NCBI RefSeq assembly: GCF_006345805.1
Contig: NC_043001.1
Location: 62,434,001 to 62,498,000, forward strand
DNA length: 64,000 nt
Source: Octopus sinensis
Lineage: Eukaryota
Reading direction: 5' to 3'
Shown here one piece after another: positions 1-12,545 of the stretch. The position numbers and the translations under genes were made by a program. Below the pieces are notes generated by a model, which saw only the letters and a list, made by a program, of their open reading frames with translations, did not search any database and had not been told where the DNA came from. How positions within the stretch are numbered: the stretch's first letter is position 1; each line of letters begins with the position of its first letter.

Positions 1-800
1 TACCACATTCTATTTCATTGGGGGTGCATCCCAAATTCTCCAACTTCCTCAGTAAAAGCTCAAGAGCCAAAATGTACAGGAGCGGGGACAGGGGACACCT
101 TTAACAAACTGAGCGCTTGATCAAAAATGGCTCCGACAGGTAGCCGCTTATCTGGACGGTGGATTGGATGCTGCTATACATTGCGGAGATCCACCTATGG
201 AAGTCCGGGGCCCAGCCCAGCCACTTTGAGAACTGCTGCCAAGTACTGGTGGTCTACCCTATCAAACGCTTTACTTTGGTCTAAATGGACCAGTGCCCCA
301 CCTTTGCCGGTTAATTTACACACCCTGTCTAAGGTGTAGCGTATAAGGTGAAGATTGCCCTAGATCGACCTGCCCGGAATGGCGCATGTCTGCACCTTCC
401 CTACAAGCTTCTCCACAACATGCGTCAACCTTTTTGCTAATATCTTGGCCAAAATCTTTAACTCTACATTCAGTCGAGTTATGGACCTGTAATTACTTAT
501 ACTGTCCCCCTTGCTTGGGTCCTTCTGTATCAGCATCACCAGAGCATCACAGAGCTGGGAATCCTCCCATTCTGTTGCCAGTTTGTGTTGACGCCTGCCA
601 GTAGGTCTCCGTACAAGTCCGGCATACTACGATAAAACTCATAGGGTAGACCATCCAGCCCTGGCGACTTGTCCCTAACGCACTCAGCCAACACCTCTTT
701 TACCTCCACAGGTGTAATTGGTCCTTCACAGCATTCTACCTCATGTGCCGAGAGTCGCAGCCCACCAGTGAGGAAGCTCTTCAGGGCCTCCTTACACTCC
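1..800 (-). pseudogene. Degenerate Tx1/L1-clade ORF2 reverse transcriptase fragment
   Basis: Minus-strand translation gives KSPGLDGLPYEFY...WQQNGRIP (ORF 536-802), GALVHLDQSKAFDRVDH (about 255-300) and KRSV.*RCPLSPLLYILALE (about 60-120). Homologous to the element at 8929-12545. Confidence 0.9.
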
Positions 801-802
801 AC

Positions 803-856
803 TCAAAACAATATCTGTGTATCATGAATTCCAGGTTATTTCCCGTCATAGCTGAA
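803..856 (-). ncRNA. Inverted, decayed hammerhead ribozyme copy
   Basis: Reverse complement reads gCT-ATGA cggg aaataa cct ggaat TCATGA TA cacagatattgtt and aligns to the ribozyme at 1146-1190. Core is mutated, and TCGCGA has become TCATGA (CpG decay). Confidence 0.65.
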
Positions 857-863
857 CAATTAT

Positions 864-907
864 TCTGTGCTGATGAAGGGAAATAACCTGAAAATCGCGA
901 TAACAGA
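864..907 (+). ncRNA. Type I hammerhead ribozyme, slightly degenerate (tandem copy 1)
   Basis: TCTGTG CTGATGA AGGG aaataa CCT GAAA aTCGCGA TA ACAGA: core intact, small indels in the stems. Confidence 0.7.
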
Positions 908-1145
908 TCATGTCGTATAGCCAGTTGGGGATGATGTCTTCTGGGGCCAAATTACAGCAACATTTGTCTAAAACCAGGACTGCCATGTTATGTTGGCAAA
1001 TCCAAAGTACTGTTGCTGAATATCACTCATTGTGAGATTTAAAAACAGTAATTTTCTAATTTATAGATCAGTGACTAGTTGTCACTTTGAAAACTATATA
1101 TTTCGAGTGGGATTTTGGCAGCACCACCTCTAGCCAAACAATTAT

Positions 1146-1190
1146 TCTGTGCTGATGAAGGGAAATGACCCTGAAATCGCGATACACAGA
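1146..1190 (+). ncRNA. Minimal type I hammerhead ribozyme (tandem copy 2)
   Basis: Stem I TCTGTG/CACAGA, core CTGATGA, stem II AGGG/CCCT, GAAA, palindromic stem III TCGCGA, AUA cleavage triplet (cut after 1184). Confidence 0.9.
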
Positions 1191-3201
1191 TATTGTTCTG
1201 AGCTGAGTGGGGGTGCTAGATTCCCTTGTTCGATAATACAAGGACACACGATGTCTCCTAGGGCTAAATTACAGCAGCAGTTGTCCTAAACCAGGACTGC
1301 CATGTTATGTTGGCAAACAATCTTTACTCCAAAAGTACTGTTGCTGAATATCTCTCGTTGTGAGATCTAAAAATAGTAATTCACATTTTATTTGCTCCTG
1401 TATTGCCTTTATCATCTCATTGTATTTCATTTAAAGTTTTTACTGTTTTATTGCCATATTCTATTTACTTCTTAAAAATGTATATAAAGTTTTTGTTGCA
1501 TTGATCCTATATCCTCTTCTCCAAAACTGGTGCCTAGAAGAGGCCTATAGGCCTTGCTTGGAATAATTTTGAGCAGAAAAATCTTTAGATAAAAGGGTTG
1601 TCAAAAGATTAGATGAAGTAACAAAGAAGGAATGAACCAGTAGGAGTCAGTAATACTTCTTTTCATTGATTAGACAAAAGAAAAAATTATTTCCCTTAGT
1701 AATGAAAAACTAAATTTGGAATACTGAGAAGTCCATTGTTCCTAAAATGATCAGCTAATCTGTTTGCATTAGTTGATACACTCACTTAATGACATCCAGG
1801 ACAAAGACGCTCAAACTGAAACTATAGACATTTTTCACACCGCCAAACCCAAATATTACCCAGCCATCATCATTTCTGTCACAAACAAATTGTCTGACTA
1901 AGGGAAACTCATTCAGATCTTAATGCAGAAAATTCTTACTGCCCTATATCCTCTGCCATTTCAAATGACAGCAACTCACCTGAGATGATAAAATGTATGA
2001 CTAATATCATTCTGCAAAGTATGTCTCACCACATTCTCCACATAACCAGAGCTCATACTCCAAACTTCACAAAAGAAATACTTACAGCTGTACATGGAAA
2101 GAACACTGCCTTCAATACCAGGTGGAACATACTCACCATCACCAACTAGAAGACATTTAATCATTAAAATATCTATAAGAAAACCATTTGAGAAGCAACT
2201 GAAACTTTGTGCACTACATAATCTAAGAGCTATTTTGCTTCCTTAATTGAAATTGGGCCTTCTGATCCTTTGTCAAAGAGGTCACTATTAACCTTCCCAG
2301 TTCTTTCAACCTACTACACCTGAACAAAAACAGTTTGTTAATTAAGCCATTGCATTTGCTGCTAATTTCACTTTCAACTCCATGCACACAATTCTCCTCT
2401 ACTTTACATCTCACTATCATGTACACATAGTCCCCAAGTGCTAAAATTTCTCCACCCTCTCAAATACAATAAAGCAATAAGTCCTGACAGTGTCTCTTCC
2501 ATTATCAGTATAGCCAGCAACTATACAATGTGCCCTACAGCTATAAAAAGCCTACCTGCTCAGCAAGGCTTGTAGAAGTGCTACTATTCTTTTCTGTCTC
2601 ATCTTCCACTACAATATCTGCTTCTCTCAACAATCAACCAGCATAGAACACAACACATCCATTTCTTCCCCTTCTTGTTTACCCTACTGTGTCTCACACT
2701 ACCACAAACTCTACACTAAACAATTTAAGTTTTTCAATCATTCTTCCTCAGAAATACAGTATTTCTTAAATTTCCTTTCTACCAAATATTTTTTTCTATA
2801 GAGAGTGACCTATAGCAGTTCAGACTGAATATCAACTGCATAAGTCACATTTGTCTGGGCAAACTTGTAAAGGTTATAGTTATCAGAGCATCAGCAACAA
2901 TTACCTAACATCAATTTATGACTTTTAAATATTTCTATCACGTTTTCAATATGGGCACAAATTTTGAGGAAAATTACTTCAGTACTTGACGTAGTCCTGA
3001 AGGGACTTGAATTTAGAATGTAAAGAGGTATATTTAAATACCACAAAGTATTTTGTCTATCTTTAGTATAATAATAAAAGTCAAATATATGAAAAATTTT
3101 AAAAGTCAATTTGATATTTAACTTCTCTGAAATATTATTATAGAGATTTTTCTTTGTGCTCCATAAATAAAATTCATACAAATAAAAAAAAGTCAACTTA
3201 C

Positions 3202-3349
3202 CAGGTATAATAACATCTCCAGGAATTGGTAAGTTAGAATCTTCATTAGTAGCTATGAATAAGCATTTTTTCTTTTTGATGTAACTGGCTGCCTTCAATA
3301 TTTTAATATAGCTGATGTGCTGGTCAAAACCAACAAGAACACATTTAAT
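3202..3349 (-). CDS. PGP: Internal exon of phosphoglycolate/pyridoxal phosphatase-like HAD class IIA enzyme
   Basis: Flanked by TTTTCAG and GTAAGT. Encodes IKCVLVGFDQHISYIKILKAASYIKKKKCLFIATNEDSNLPIPGDVIIP(G), matching the recalled PGP segment V.GFD.HFSY.K..KA..YL...CLF.ATN.D...P....IPG. Confidence 0.85.
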
Positions 3350-3984
3350 CTGAAAATTAAAAATAGAATTACTATAAACTCAATCTTTATTTTGTAATCT
3401 GCAAGACCAGATCAGTTGATGACAAACAAGTTTTAGTTGTCAGTATGTGGTTTTACTACCACATAACAATTTACCAGTCCTCCCTTCCTAGAACTGTAAC
3501 CAATTGGAATTCCATATTTTCCACCCACATTTTTCTTAAAAACATTAACAAACTGGGCTTCAATTCACTGGTACCTGTGAAACTTATGGGCACCATCTCC
3601 ACCTATGATAAACTTATAAAAAATATAATTTGTTAGTAGCAGAAATAACTGAGACTGTCAGTCACAACAAATGTTCCAGTTGATCCAATCAACACAACAG
3701 CCTGCTTGTGAAATTAACATGCAAGTGGCTGAGCACTTCACAGACACATGTATCCTTAATGTATTTCTCAAGGAAATTCAGCATGATACAGAAAGTGACA
3801 AGGCTTGCCCTTTGAAATACAGATAAAATTTATTTTTGCTAGCTGAATGAACTGGAGCAACATGAAATAAAGTGTCTGGCTCAAGGACACAATGTGCCAC
3901 TGGGCATTGAACTCATGACCTTATGAATGAGAGGCAGTAATAACATGCACACCATAAATCTTTTGCCACTATGACTGATAATTC

Positions 3985-4450
3985 TTCATCCTCCCCCGCA
4001 TCATTATTTAATGTCTGTTGTCCATGGTGGAATGGGTTGGATGGCTTAACTAGGGCTGGTAAGCTGAGGGGCTGCACCAGACTCCATTTGGATTTAGTAT
4101 GGTATCTATGGCTGGATGACTTTCCTAATGCCAAACATCCAAGAGTGAAATGGGTATTTTTGCATACCACTGGCACAGGTGCCATTTGTGTGACATCAGT
4201 TTCTGCCATGACTACGATTTCACTTGACTTGATGGGTCTTCTTCTCAAGCACAGAATATTGCCAAAGGTCTCGGACATATGTCATTGCCTCCGTGAGGCC
4301 CAACACTCAAAGGATGCTTCTTACGTGCAACCAGCATGGGTGCTAGCTAAGTGACACCAGCATTGGCCATATTGCCTCAATGTGGCCCAACACACAAAAG
4401 GTGCTTTTTATATGTCACCAGAACAAGTACCAATTATGTGACACCAACAA
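3985..4450 (-). mobile_element. RTE LINE 3'-end fragment, decayed
   Basis: Reverse complement of the RTE tail (ATG-repeat end, GGATG.CTTTCCTAATGCCAA) seen at 43500-44405. Confidence 0.8.
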
Positions 4451-5699
4451 CAGCCAGAGGATTATTGCAGATACAAGTTTGACAGTTTCTCTGTCAGATT
4501 CCAAAAAGTAAACACCAGGAATAAAGAAGTATTATAATTTTAGGAAGGGCATGAATGTTACAACTTCTAATTTCTTCCTGTCTATGCATTTTAAACTCCA
4601 TACCTAAAAAACCCTATTATTACACCATATTATGGCAGTAGAAATGCCTGAGTGAGTACAGAAACAATCTTGGTACATTAACTGCTCTAATCCAATGTCT
4701 CGGTGTCCAAATTTAAAATTCTTCCACCTTAGCTTTACTTTTCATCCTTTTGAAGTTGATAAAGTAATTACCAAAATGATACTGATATCAATTGTATCAA
4801 CTGTACTTCCTTGCCTCCATCTTATAAATTAGCCATGCATCTAAGAAATACACTCTCTAAGAACACCATTAATTGTAGATGTAATAGGATAGTTCACTGT
4901 AAAATGTGAACTATCACTGTAAAATGTGAACTAAGAGCACATAAGGGCCTTGTGTGCTCTTAGTAGTACCAAGACTAAACTCCTTCTCATCACACTTTTA
5001 CCAGGGAATGAAACTTTGAAGATATACCAACAGAAACTATTTTACTGCTGACGCTGATATTAATAAAACAGAATTAAAAATAGCCACAAGGAGTAAAAGA
5101 ACAATTACTTTAGGTTACAAAGTAAGAAAGTAAATGCATTTACTTTCTAAAACCTGACAGGGAAATTTTCATTTATAATAGCAACAAATTTATGGTATAT
5201 TGTGATGACAAAATGCTTTACTCAGCTGTCAGCCATCAACCAAACCTTAAAAATAAGTTTCCTATCAATATTTTTGTTTAACATAAGCCTTTACTGAATC
5301 TTGAGGATCTATAATGCCAGCACTTATCTCTGGTTTTTATAGCATTAAAGAGAACCTCAGATGATCTTCACTTATAAGATAGCAAATCATTGAAGACTTT
5401 TATTGTACAGCCATTGCTTACAATCCAGAGTAATCATGTAGAGTTAGGTGTGCTTGGTAATAGATATTAAATGTCTTGCACATGAGCACAACACAGTGTT
5501 AAGCAACAAAAAATACTGATCTTTTGTCCAGCGCTATACTTATTTAGTTATACACAATAAACTGAGAAATTGAAAATAGAAACATTAAAATTCTTACAGC
5601 TGAAAGTAACAACAATCCTGGTGGCAATCAACACAAGTGGTCTAGCCAACCAATGCAAGAAAAATAAAAATAAACCTTTTCTTATCAGTACTGTTAATA

Positions 5700-6640
5700 T
5701 CCTTCATACATCATAGTCTACATGGTAACTGATACACGAGAGCATAGCTGTGAAAATAGGAATAGGTTGGGCAAAGTTCAGAGAGCTCCTACCTCTGTTG
5801 GCAGCAAAAACAGCTATGCTACATAGCAGTGAAACATGGACTGTGACAGCCAAGGACATGCGTAGGCTTGAAAGAAATGAAGCCAGCATGCTTCGCTGAA
5901 TGTGCAATGTCAATGTGCATGTTTGACAGAGTGTAAGCATCTTGAGAGAAAAGTTGGGCATAAGAGGCATCAGATGTGATGTGCAAAAGAGACAACTGCA
6001 CTGGTATGGTCAAGTGATGCGTATGGATGAGGACAGTTGTATAAAGAAGTGACAATCACTAACTGTTGAGGGAACCTGTGGTAGAGGTAGACCCAGGAAG
6101 ACATGGGAGGAGTTGGTGAAGCATGATCTTCGAACTTTGGGCCTCACAGAGGCAATGACTAGTGACTGAGACCTTTGGCAATATGCTGTGCATGAGAAAA
6201 CCTATCAAGCCAAGTGAAATCGTAGTCATGGCCAATGATGGTGTCACATAACTGGCATGTAAAAAGCACCTTCAGAGCATTGGGCCTCATGGAGGCAAAG
6301 TGGCTGATGCTGGTGGCATATGAAAAGTTCCTTTCGAGGGTTGGGCCTCATGGAGGCAATGACGAATGACTGAGACCTTTGGCATTATGCTGTGCTGGAG
6401 GAAAGAACCATCAAGCCAAGTAAAATTGCAGTCATGACAAATGGCACATGTGCCAGTGGAATGTAAGAGCACCCATTATATTCTCTGAGTGGTTGGCATT
6501 AGGAAGGTCATCCAGCCATAAAAGCCATGCCAAATCAGACTGGAGTCTGGTGCAGCCTTCCAGCTTACTAGTCCTGGTCAAACCGTCCAACCCATGCCAG
6601 TAGAGACAACAGATGTTAAATGATGATGATGATGATGATA
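5700..6640 (+). mobile_element. RTE LINE 3' fragment (RT C-terminus and 3' UTR)
   Basis: GGGCAAAGTTCAGAGAGCTC...GAAACATGG matches 43050-43550. Ends in (ATG)n. Confidence 0.9.
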
Positions 6641-6789
6641 ATAAGGCTTATTTGTTTATGATATACATAATGAAATATTCTAATACTAATGTCACTCAGT
6701 CTATGCTTCCATATGACACAAAAATAACATAAGTAGAAAAGTCAGAAATTGGTGGTGATAAACAGTAGCAATGTGATGAATGGCATAGG

Positions 6790-7115
6790 TATACTACTGG
6801 AGGAAAATGAGGAGATAAAGTGACTGAGATAGTATGTGTAACAGAATAATTAAACTGACTAGAGCTGGAAAATACAGCAGTGACATTTATCTCTGCATAC
6901 GTTCCACAATTTGGACTGATTCCATGAAACCTTTATATGAACTACCTTGCTGAGAGATGACAGTGACATCATCATCATCATCATCATAGCTGGAGACTTC
7001 AACAGACAAGTTGGACAACATTATAAGAGATTTTGTGGTGTGCAAGGGGGTTATGTCTTTTGTTCAAGAAATGAAGATAGGAAAAGGCTCTTGGAGTTCT
7101 GTGACACTAAGGACT
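6790..7115 (+). pseudogene. RTE APE endonuclease fragment
   Basis: AGDFNRQVG...GGY.F.SRNE...RLLEFCD (ORF 6947-7285), homologous to 40824-41666. Confidence 0.75.
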
Positions 7116-7377
7116 CAACATTTTTCACTACTTCATCTCAAGCCTTCCTCTGTCTCACACTTCCACAGGTACATTTGAACATTTGGCACTTACTTATGCA
7201 TCTGTTGTCCTCCATAGTCTTCTCATATGTTACATTTGATTTCTCTTATATCCAGTTTGTCTTTCAGAAAAAATATAGATATTAGTATGCATTATGTGGG
7301 TTTATATGCCCTAATATCTTCTGTTATCAATATACGGTGAAACCGTATCATTCTATTTACAATATTTTCACATGCTA

Positions 7378-7637
7378 AGGCGTCGAGCTGACAGAAATGT
7401 TAGCATGCCAGGCGAAATGCTTCGTCTGTCTTTACATTTGTCTTTATGTTCTGCATTCAAACGTATTTTGTCTGTCTTTACGTTCTAAGTTCAAATTCCG
7501 CCAAGATCGACTTTACCATTCATCCTTTCAGGGTTGATAAATTAAGTACAAGTTGCGTACTAGGGTTGATCTAAATGATTGCCCCCCCCCCCATAAAAAT
7601 TTGGGGCCTTGTGCCTAGAGTAGAAAAGAATATTTTC
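7378..7637 (+). mobile_element. tRNA-derived SINE (family 1)
   Basis: GGCGTCGAGCTGACAGAAATGTTAGC head, AGTTCAAATTCC B-box, CATCCTTTCAGGGTTGATAAATTAAGTAC core, GCCTAGAGTAGAAAAGAATATT tail. Confidence 0.8.
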
Positions 7638-7916
7638 ATTTGCTACTCTTTCCTAATTCATGCAGAATTCACACATGTTTACACATTTACTGCAATGAAA
7701 TCATAGTTCCTAAATTTAAGGGTAAAAATAAAAAGTGTAGGTATGATGGTATAATTAGTCAGTATACTTATTGCAAAAATAAGAGGTGTGAGTTTGATTC
7801 TCATGCATACTATGCTTATTTTATTCATTATGTGGGTTTATATGCCCTAATAGCAGACTATTTTCTATAGTCAATATACAAAGCTTATAATTCAATTTCC
7901 AAGATATATATATATA

Positions 7917-8438
7917 CTAGCATTATGACCCGCCGTTGCCGGGTCATAGTGCTAGTACATGTATATATGTGTATATATATGTGTACATATTACATGTACA
8001 TCTATATATATACATCTACACATAAAATACAAAGTTATATCTTGATATCGCTAGTGATAACAATACTCCAAATATATAACAGACTGGAATTGTAAGCCCG
8101 TCTCTTGCAATTTTGATCAATTGTATCTTGTCCTCCCTCTTGTATAGAAGTGTGGCTACAATCTAGCCTACCTCTACTTCTGGTGGGGGGATCATTTTAA
8201 ATTTTTATCTGGCATGTCCTACATCCCAGATATAAAGGTAAAAATAAAATATTTCCACTTTGCAAGTTCAAGTCAAATACTCCCTTGCACGCTCCATTGA
8301 CTCGAACCTTGCTTCTGTTGTGGCGAATTTATCGCTTCTGGTTAGATATCTTTCATAGTCGCACCAAGACACTTTTCGATGGTGCTTTCCTCCAGGTGTT
8401 CAAATCTTTTTTCTCTACATTGTATACTTTATAGACAA
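7917..8438 (-). mobile_element. Non-autonomous Helitron unit 1 (3' end)
   Basis: Minus strand ends ATGACCCGGCAACGGCGGGTCAT hairpin, AATG, CTAG|T. Body matches 26155-26355 of the large Helitron. Confidence 0.85.
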
Positions 8439-8928
8439 CTAGCATTAAAGACCCGTCATTGCCGGGTCATAGTGCTAGTGCATGTATATATGTGTATATA
8501 TATGTGTACATATTACATGTACATCTATATATATACACATCTACACATAAAATACAAAATACAAAGTTATATCTTGATATCGCTAGTGATAACAATACTC
8601 AAAATATATAACAGACTGGAATTGTTAGCCCGTCTCTTGTAATTTCGATCAATTGTATCTTGTCCTCCCTCTTGTATAGAAGTGTGGCTACAATCCAGCC
8701 TACCTCTACTTCTGGGGTGGGGGAGCATTTTAAATTTTTTTCCAGGACGTCCTACGTCCCAGATATAAAAGGTAAAAATAAAATATTTCCACTTTGCAAG
8801 TTCGAGTCGAGTACTCCCTTGCACGCTCCGTTGACTCGAACCTTGCTTCTATTGTGGTGAATTTACCGCCTCTGATTAGATACCTTTCATAGTCACACCA
8901 AGACACTTTTCGAAGGTGCTTTCCTCCA
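8439..8928 (-). mobile_element. Non-autonomous Helitron unit 2, 3' part (interrupted by the Tx1 cluster)
   Basis: Tandem copy of unit 1 with hairpin and CTAG. Breaks after GCTTTCCTCCA and resumes at about 17096. Confidence 0.85.
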
Positions 8929-10675
8929 TGTTGTTTTATTATTACCCACAAGGGGCGAACATAGATGGGACAATACAATCTGATGATGGGGTCAGATAAA
9001 TGAATGGGTTTTACAACAAAGCGAATTTTAAAAATTTACAGAAAAATTACAAAAATAGACAGAAATCGAATGTTGGAACAGACCGGAAGACATTACGGGT
9101 GGAGTGGGAGCGGGTTTAGCTCGGACCCCACGAGCCCCGCCTCCCCACTGATACTTTTGGTTTCGTTTGGTTTTACATTTATGTTGTATCATTCACTCGC
9201 AACTTTCGTGCTATACCTTTCCATCTTTCTTCATACACTCTCTTAGTCAGGCATATTCTCTCCAGCCCTATCTTCCTTTTCAGGTGAAAGATGAAGTAAT
9301 TCATCAAACCAGGGCCGGAGATGAACTTGCCTGACTGTAAACCTTTCATTCTCGTCTTCCATATCACCTCTTTCGCAATTGCTACTACAACGAGAAAACG
9401 AAACTTACCTTCATTCGCGAGGAAATCCGGTGGGTCAATTTTTGTAATCGACTCAGTCGACAGCTGTACTCTTCGTGTACTTGACAACAGCTGTTCGGCA
9501 TAAACCCACACCTCAGACACGTCCGGACAATGAACAATAGCGTGCGGGACGGTTTCCCTATCCCGCCCGCATCTTGGACATATCGGACTGTCTTGGCCAC
9601 CGTGCCTTGCGAGTTTATCCCGAACAGGTAGAGCTCCTCTGTAGCATTGCCATGCCAGAGACTTCTGGAAATTGTCCAGTGTCTTCGGCTTGAACGTACG
9701 TCGGAACAGACTGGCCAGCTGATTATCGGCGAGACCTAGATATTCCCCCAAGGTATCTTCACATTCCGCCTCTACCAACCCTCTATAGAAGAATGTGGTG
9801 GAACCCCCACCGCAGGCGTTGCCCGAGCGACGGAATAGCAGGAGAGCCTTGCGACACTCCGTGTACCAAGTACCAAGTTTCGATCTACGATTCAGCCAGG
9901 TTTCCCATCCACCGAAACTAGTGAACTTGGGAAACATCAGTTTTGCTAGCGGAGACCACACCCGTTCACCATCCAGGTAGAGCCACAGATGTCTTAACCT
10001 CAGCGCATGTCTGCGCATCATCAGCCAAGGCATCCCTAGCCCACCCTTTAACGGTTGTTGACAGCAAGTAGAGCGTTTCACAAGTGGTTTCCCGCCCTTC
10101 CACAAGAAGTAGAAGAGCTGTCTTTCCAACTTGATTAACCACGAATCAAGGCAAGGAACGACGGAAAGGCGGTAGGTGATAACCGATGCGATAAACACAT
10201 TGGCCACCTCTGCCCTCCCTTTCAGGGATAGCCACCGTCAAGACCAGGTCTTGGTTTCTGCAGCCACCCTGCTCGATACCTCGCCCCAATTCTTCTCTAT
10301 TTGGAGGTCTGGACCGAACCAGACCCCTAGCAATTTAATCGGACCCTCCGTCCAATGTCCCACGACGCTGTCAGGAGGCATCGACTTGCCTCTCCAGGTG
10401 CCGAGTTGCAAGCCGACTGACTTTTCGCGATTAACTTTTGCTCCTGTCACCGTCTCGTAAACCTCTATGGCCTTGCCTACTTTACATAGGTGGTCCATTT
10501 CGGTTACGATGATGGTGATGTCATCCGCGTACGCTGACACCGATTTTCGACTACCTGGCTGTCTCGGGATGCCGCTCAGTTTTCGCAGTAATGGCTCAAG
10601 AGCCATCACATACAAAAGCGGGGAGAGCGGACACCCTTGACGAACCGAGCGCTTGATTTTGAACGGCTTCGACAA
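8929..10675 (-). mobile_element. Tx1-clade ORF2 3' segment (RT core, C-terminal CCHC-like finger) plus 3' UTR
   Basis: SVRQGCPLSPLLY, YADDI, CPRCGRDRETVPHAIVHC. ORFs 10238-10675 and 9179-10207 are in the same frame, split by one TGA. Confidence 0.95.
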
Positions 10676-12287
10676 TGGATTGCATTTATGTTGGTTGTTT
10701 GAATGTGCGCAGCCTGGGAGCAGGCTGGAAGCAAGGTCGCTTCCTGCATGATATCAGGTCGCGTAATTTAGATGTTATTGTTGCTACAGAAACCCGGTTA
10801 GAGGGGCCAAGAGGTCTACTCCCGCTGTTTGACGGCTACGAGAGTTTTTTCTCTCCTGGCAGTCCTACTGGTGGAAGTGGGGTGTTGGTCCTAATAAAAA
10901 GAAACCGGGTTTCTGAGAAAAAGTTAATTTTTGCAGATCCAGAAGGTAGGCTGGTCGTCATGGATTTGACGTTCAGTAACGGTAAAGTTATCAGACTGGT
11001 TGCAATTTACGCACCCAACAGTACAGGGCAAAGTGATTATTTTCGTGAACTAGAAAACTTTCTTGGTACTTCGCATTCATTAGTTGTGCTAGGAGACTTT
11101 AACACAATTTGCAAAGCGGATGTAGATTGTGTTGGCTCGCGTTCAGATAGAAAAGGTAACAGTGGCTTCATGGAACTGCTAAGCCGCTTTGAGCTAGCAG
11201 ATCCTTATAGGCTGGAATTTCCGAACGCTCCATTGTGGACATGGTCAAACAGCGACGGATCTTCCAGGTCATATTTAGATAGAATACTAATTAGAAAAGT
11301 AGACAGAAAAATAGCTAAGTGTCCACAGTTTTACCCGATCAGCTACAGTGATCATAAAATGGTCACCTGTAAGCTTGACATAGATAAGGTTAAAAATAGA
11401 GGATCCGGTTACTGGAAACTTAATACGTCCCTTTTGGCGATTAAGGAGTACAAAGACCGGATTAGGAATATAATTCAGAGGGCACTATCTGGTACCATCA
11501 TTAATAACAAATGGTGGTACGCCCTCAAACGAGCCATCAAGTTCGAGTCAATTAGATATAGCATAGGAGTAGTGGCTAGAGAGGCTAGAAGGGAAACTAC
11601 TCTAGTTAAGGAATTAGAGGAAGCCTTGAAAACTGGCTCTGCGGCTCAGGTGGCGTCCAAGAGACTGGTGTTAAACCAGCACCTCGAGGCCAAACACATG
11701 GGCTGCATTGTCAGGGCTAGGATCCGCCATATGGGTTGTGAAGGAATCAACGCCGTGAGATGGGCCCGAGTGGTGGAAGCTCAGCATGGTAACGATGCCA
11801 CGATTCGATCTTTGACGAACCAACAAGGTGAGTTGATAAACGAGCCCGAGGAGACGTGTGAGGCCTTTCAGGAGCACTTCGCTCAGCTTTTCGGTGAGTG
11901 CGGCGGACTGGATAGGAGGAGGGTCTTTACAGACCTACTCGACGGGCTGCCACGCTTATCGGGGCAAGATGCGGAGGGCTGTGAAGGGCCAATCACGCCT
12001 GAGGAAGTGGTTGAGGCAATGGCGGACTGCGGCGCAGGCAAGGCGCCGGGTTTGGATGGTCTACCCTATGAGTTATATAAGAGTATGCCAGACTTGTTCG
12101 GGCACCTACTGGCGGAGGTCTATGCGAACTGGCAGCAGAACGGGCTTATACCCAGATCTGTGCGCCGGGGAGTAGTGACACTCGTCAGAAAGGACCCGAG
12201 CAAGGGGGAGTGCATTGATAATTTCAGGCCCATCACTCTGCTAAACACAGAGTTGAAGATTTTGGCCAAAGTGTTACCGAGTCGATG
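10675..12287 (+). CDS. Tx1-clade ORF2 5' segment (APE endonuclease, linker, RT start), inverted relative to the rest
   Basis: MDCIYVGCLNVRSL, ATETR, LGDFN, SYLDRILI, SYSDH, GYWKLN, KAPGLDGLP, NFRPITLLNTELKILAKVL; open reading frame. Confidence 0.95.
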
Positions 12288-12545
12288 TTATCGTAAATTT
12301 GGATAATCCACCTGAGGAAGCCAAGGCTCAGCCCGAACTGTGCCAGAGCAGATACCAGGTAACGATGGTCGACCCTATCAAATGCTTTAGATTGGTCTAA
12401 ATGGACCAGAGCCCCACCCTTGCCAGAATCGTTATTAAACCCCTCTATAGTGTACCGCATAAGATGGAGATTATCCTGAATGGTTCTGCCAGGAACGGCA
12501 CATGTCTGTGCCTCCCCGATCAGACCATCCGCGTAGTGGCCTTGA
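12288..12545 (-). pseudogene. Tx1 ORF2 middle RT segment
   Basis: ADGLIGEAQTCAVPGRTIQDNLHLMR...LDQSKAFDRVDH...YDNIDS. Fills the gap between the two segments above. Confidence 0.9.

Larger units (their letters stand above)
855..1381 (+). repeat. Tandem about 282-bp hammerhead-containing units (retrozyme / PLE-end like)
   Basis: 855-1060 and 1137-1381 align (shared aacaattattctgtgctgatgaaggg and aaaccaggactgccatgttatgttggcaaa). No ORF. Confidence 0.8.

Noticed and set aside
1780-2164. Minus-strand open frames ending at GTGAGT donor-like sites (about 1785, 1979, 2135)
   Set aside because: The peptides match neither PGP (the next exon should begin GTG/GSG) nor any family I recognise.
2220-2700. 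Possible very old RT remnant (ERVEKF*HLG) on minus
   Set aside because: A single weak motif with no supporting neighbours.
4893-4964. 20-bp tandem duplication and 12-bp hairpin ACTAAGAGCACA/TGTGCTCTTAGT
   Set aside because: Too short and has no context; expected in repeat-rich DNA.
8978-9000. CTGATGA in ATCTGATGATGGGGTCAGAT
   Set aside because: Simple hairpin on the antisense of the Tx1 UTR; no GAAA or stem III.
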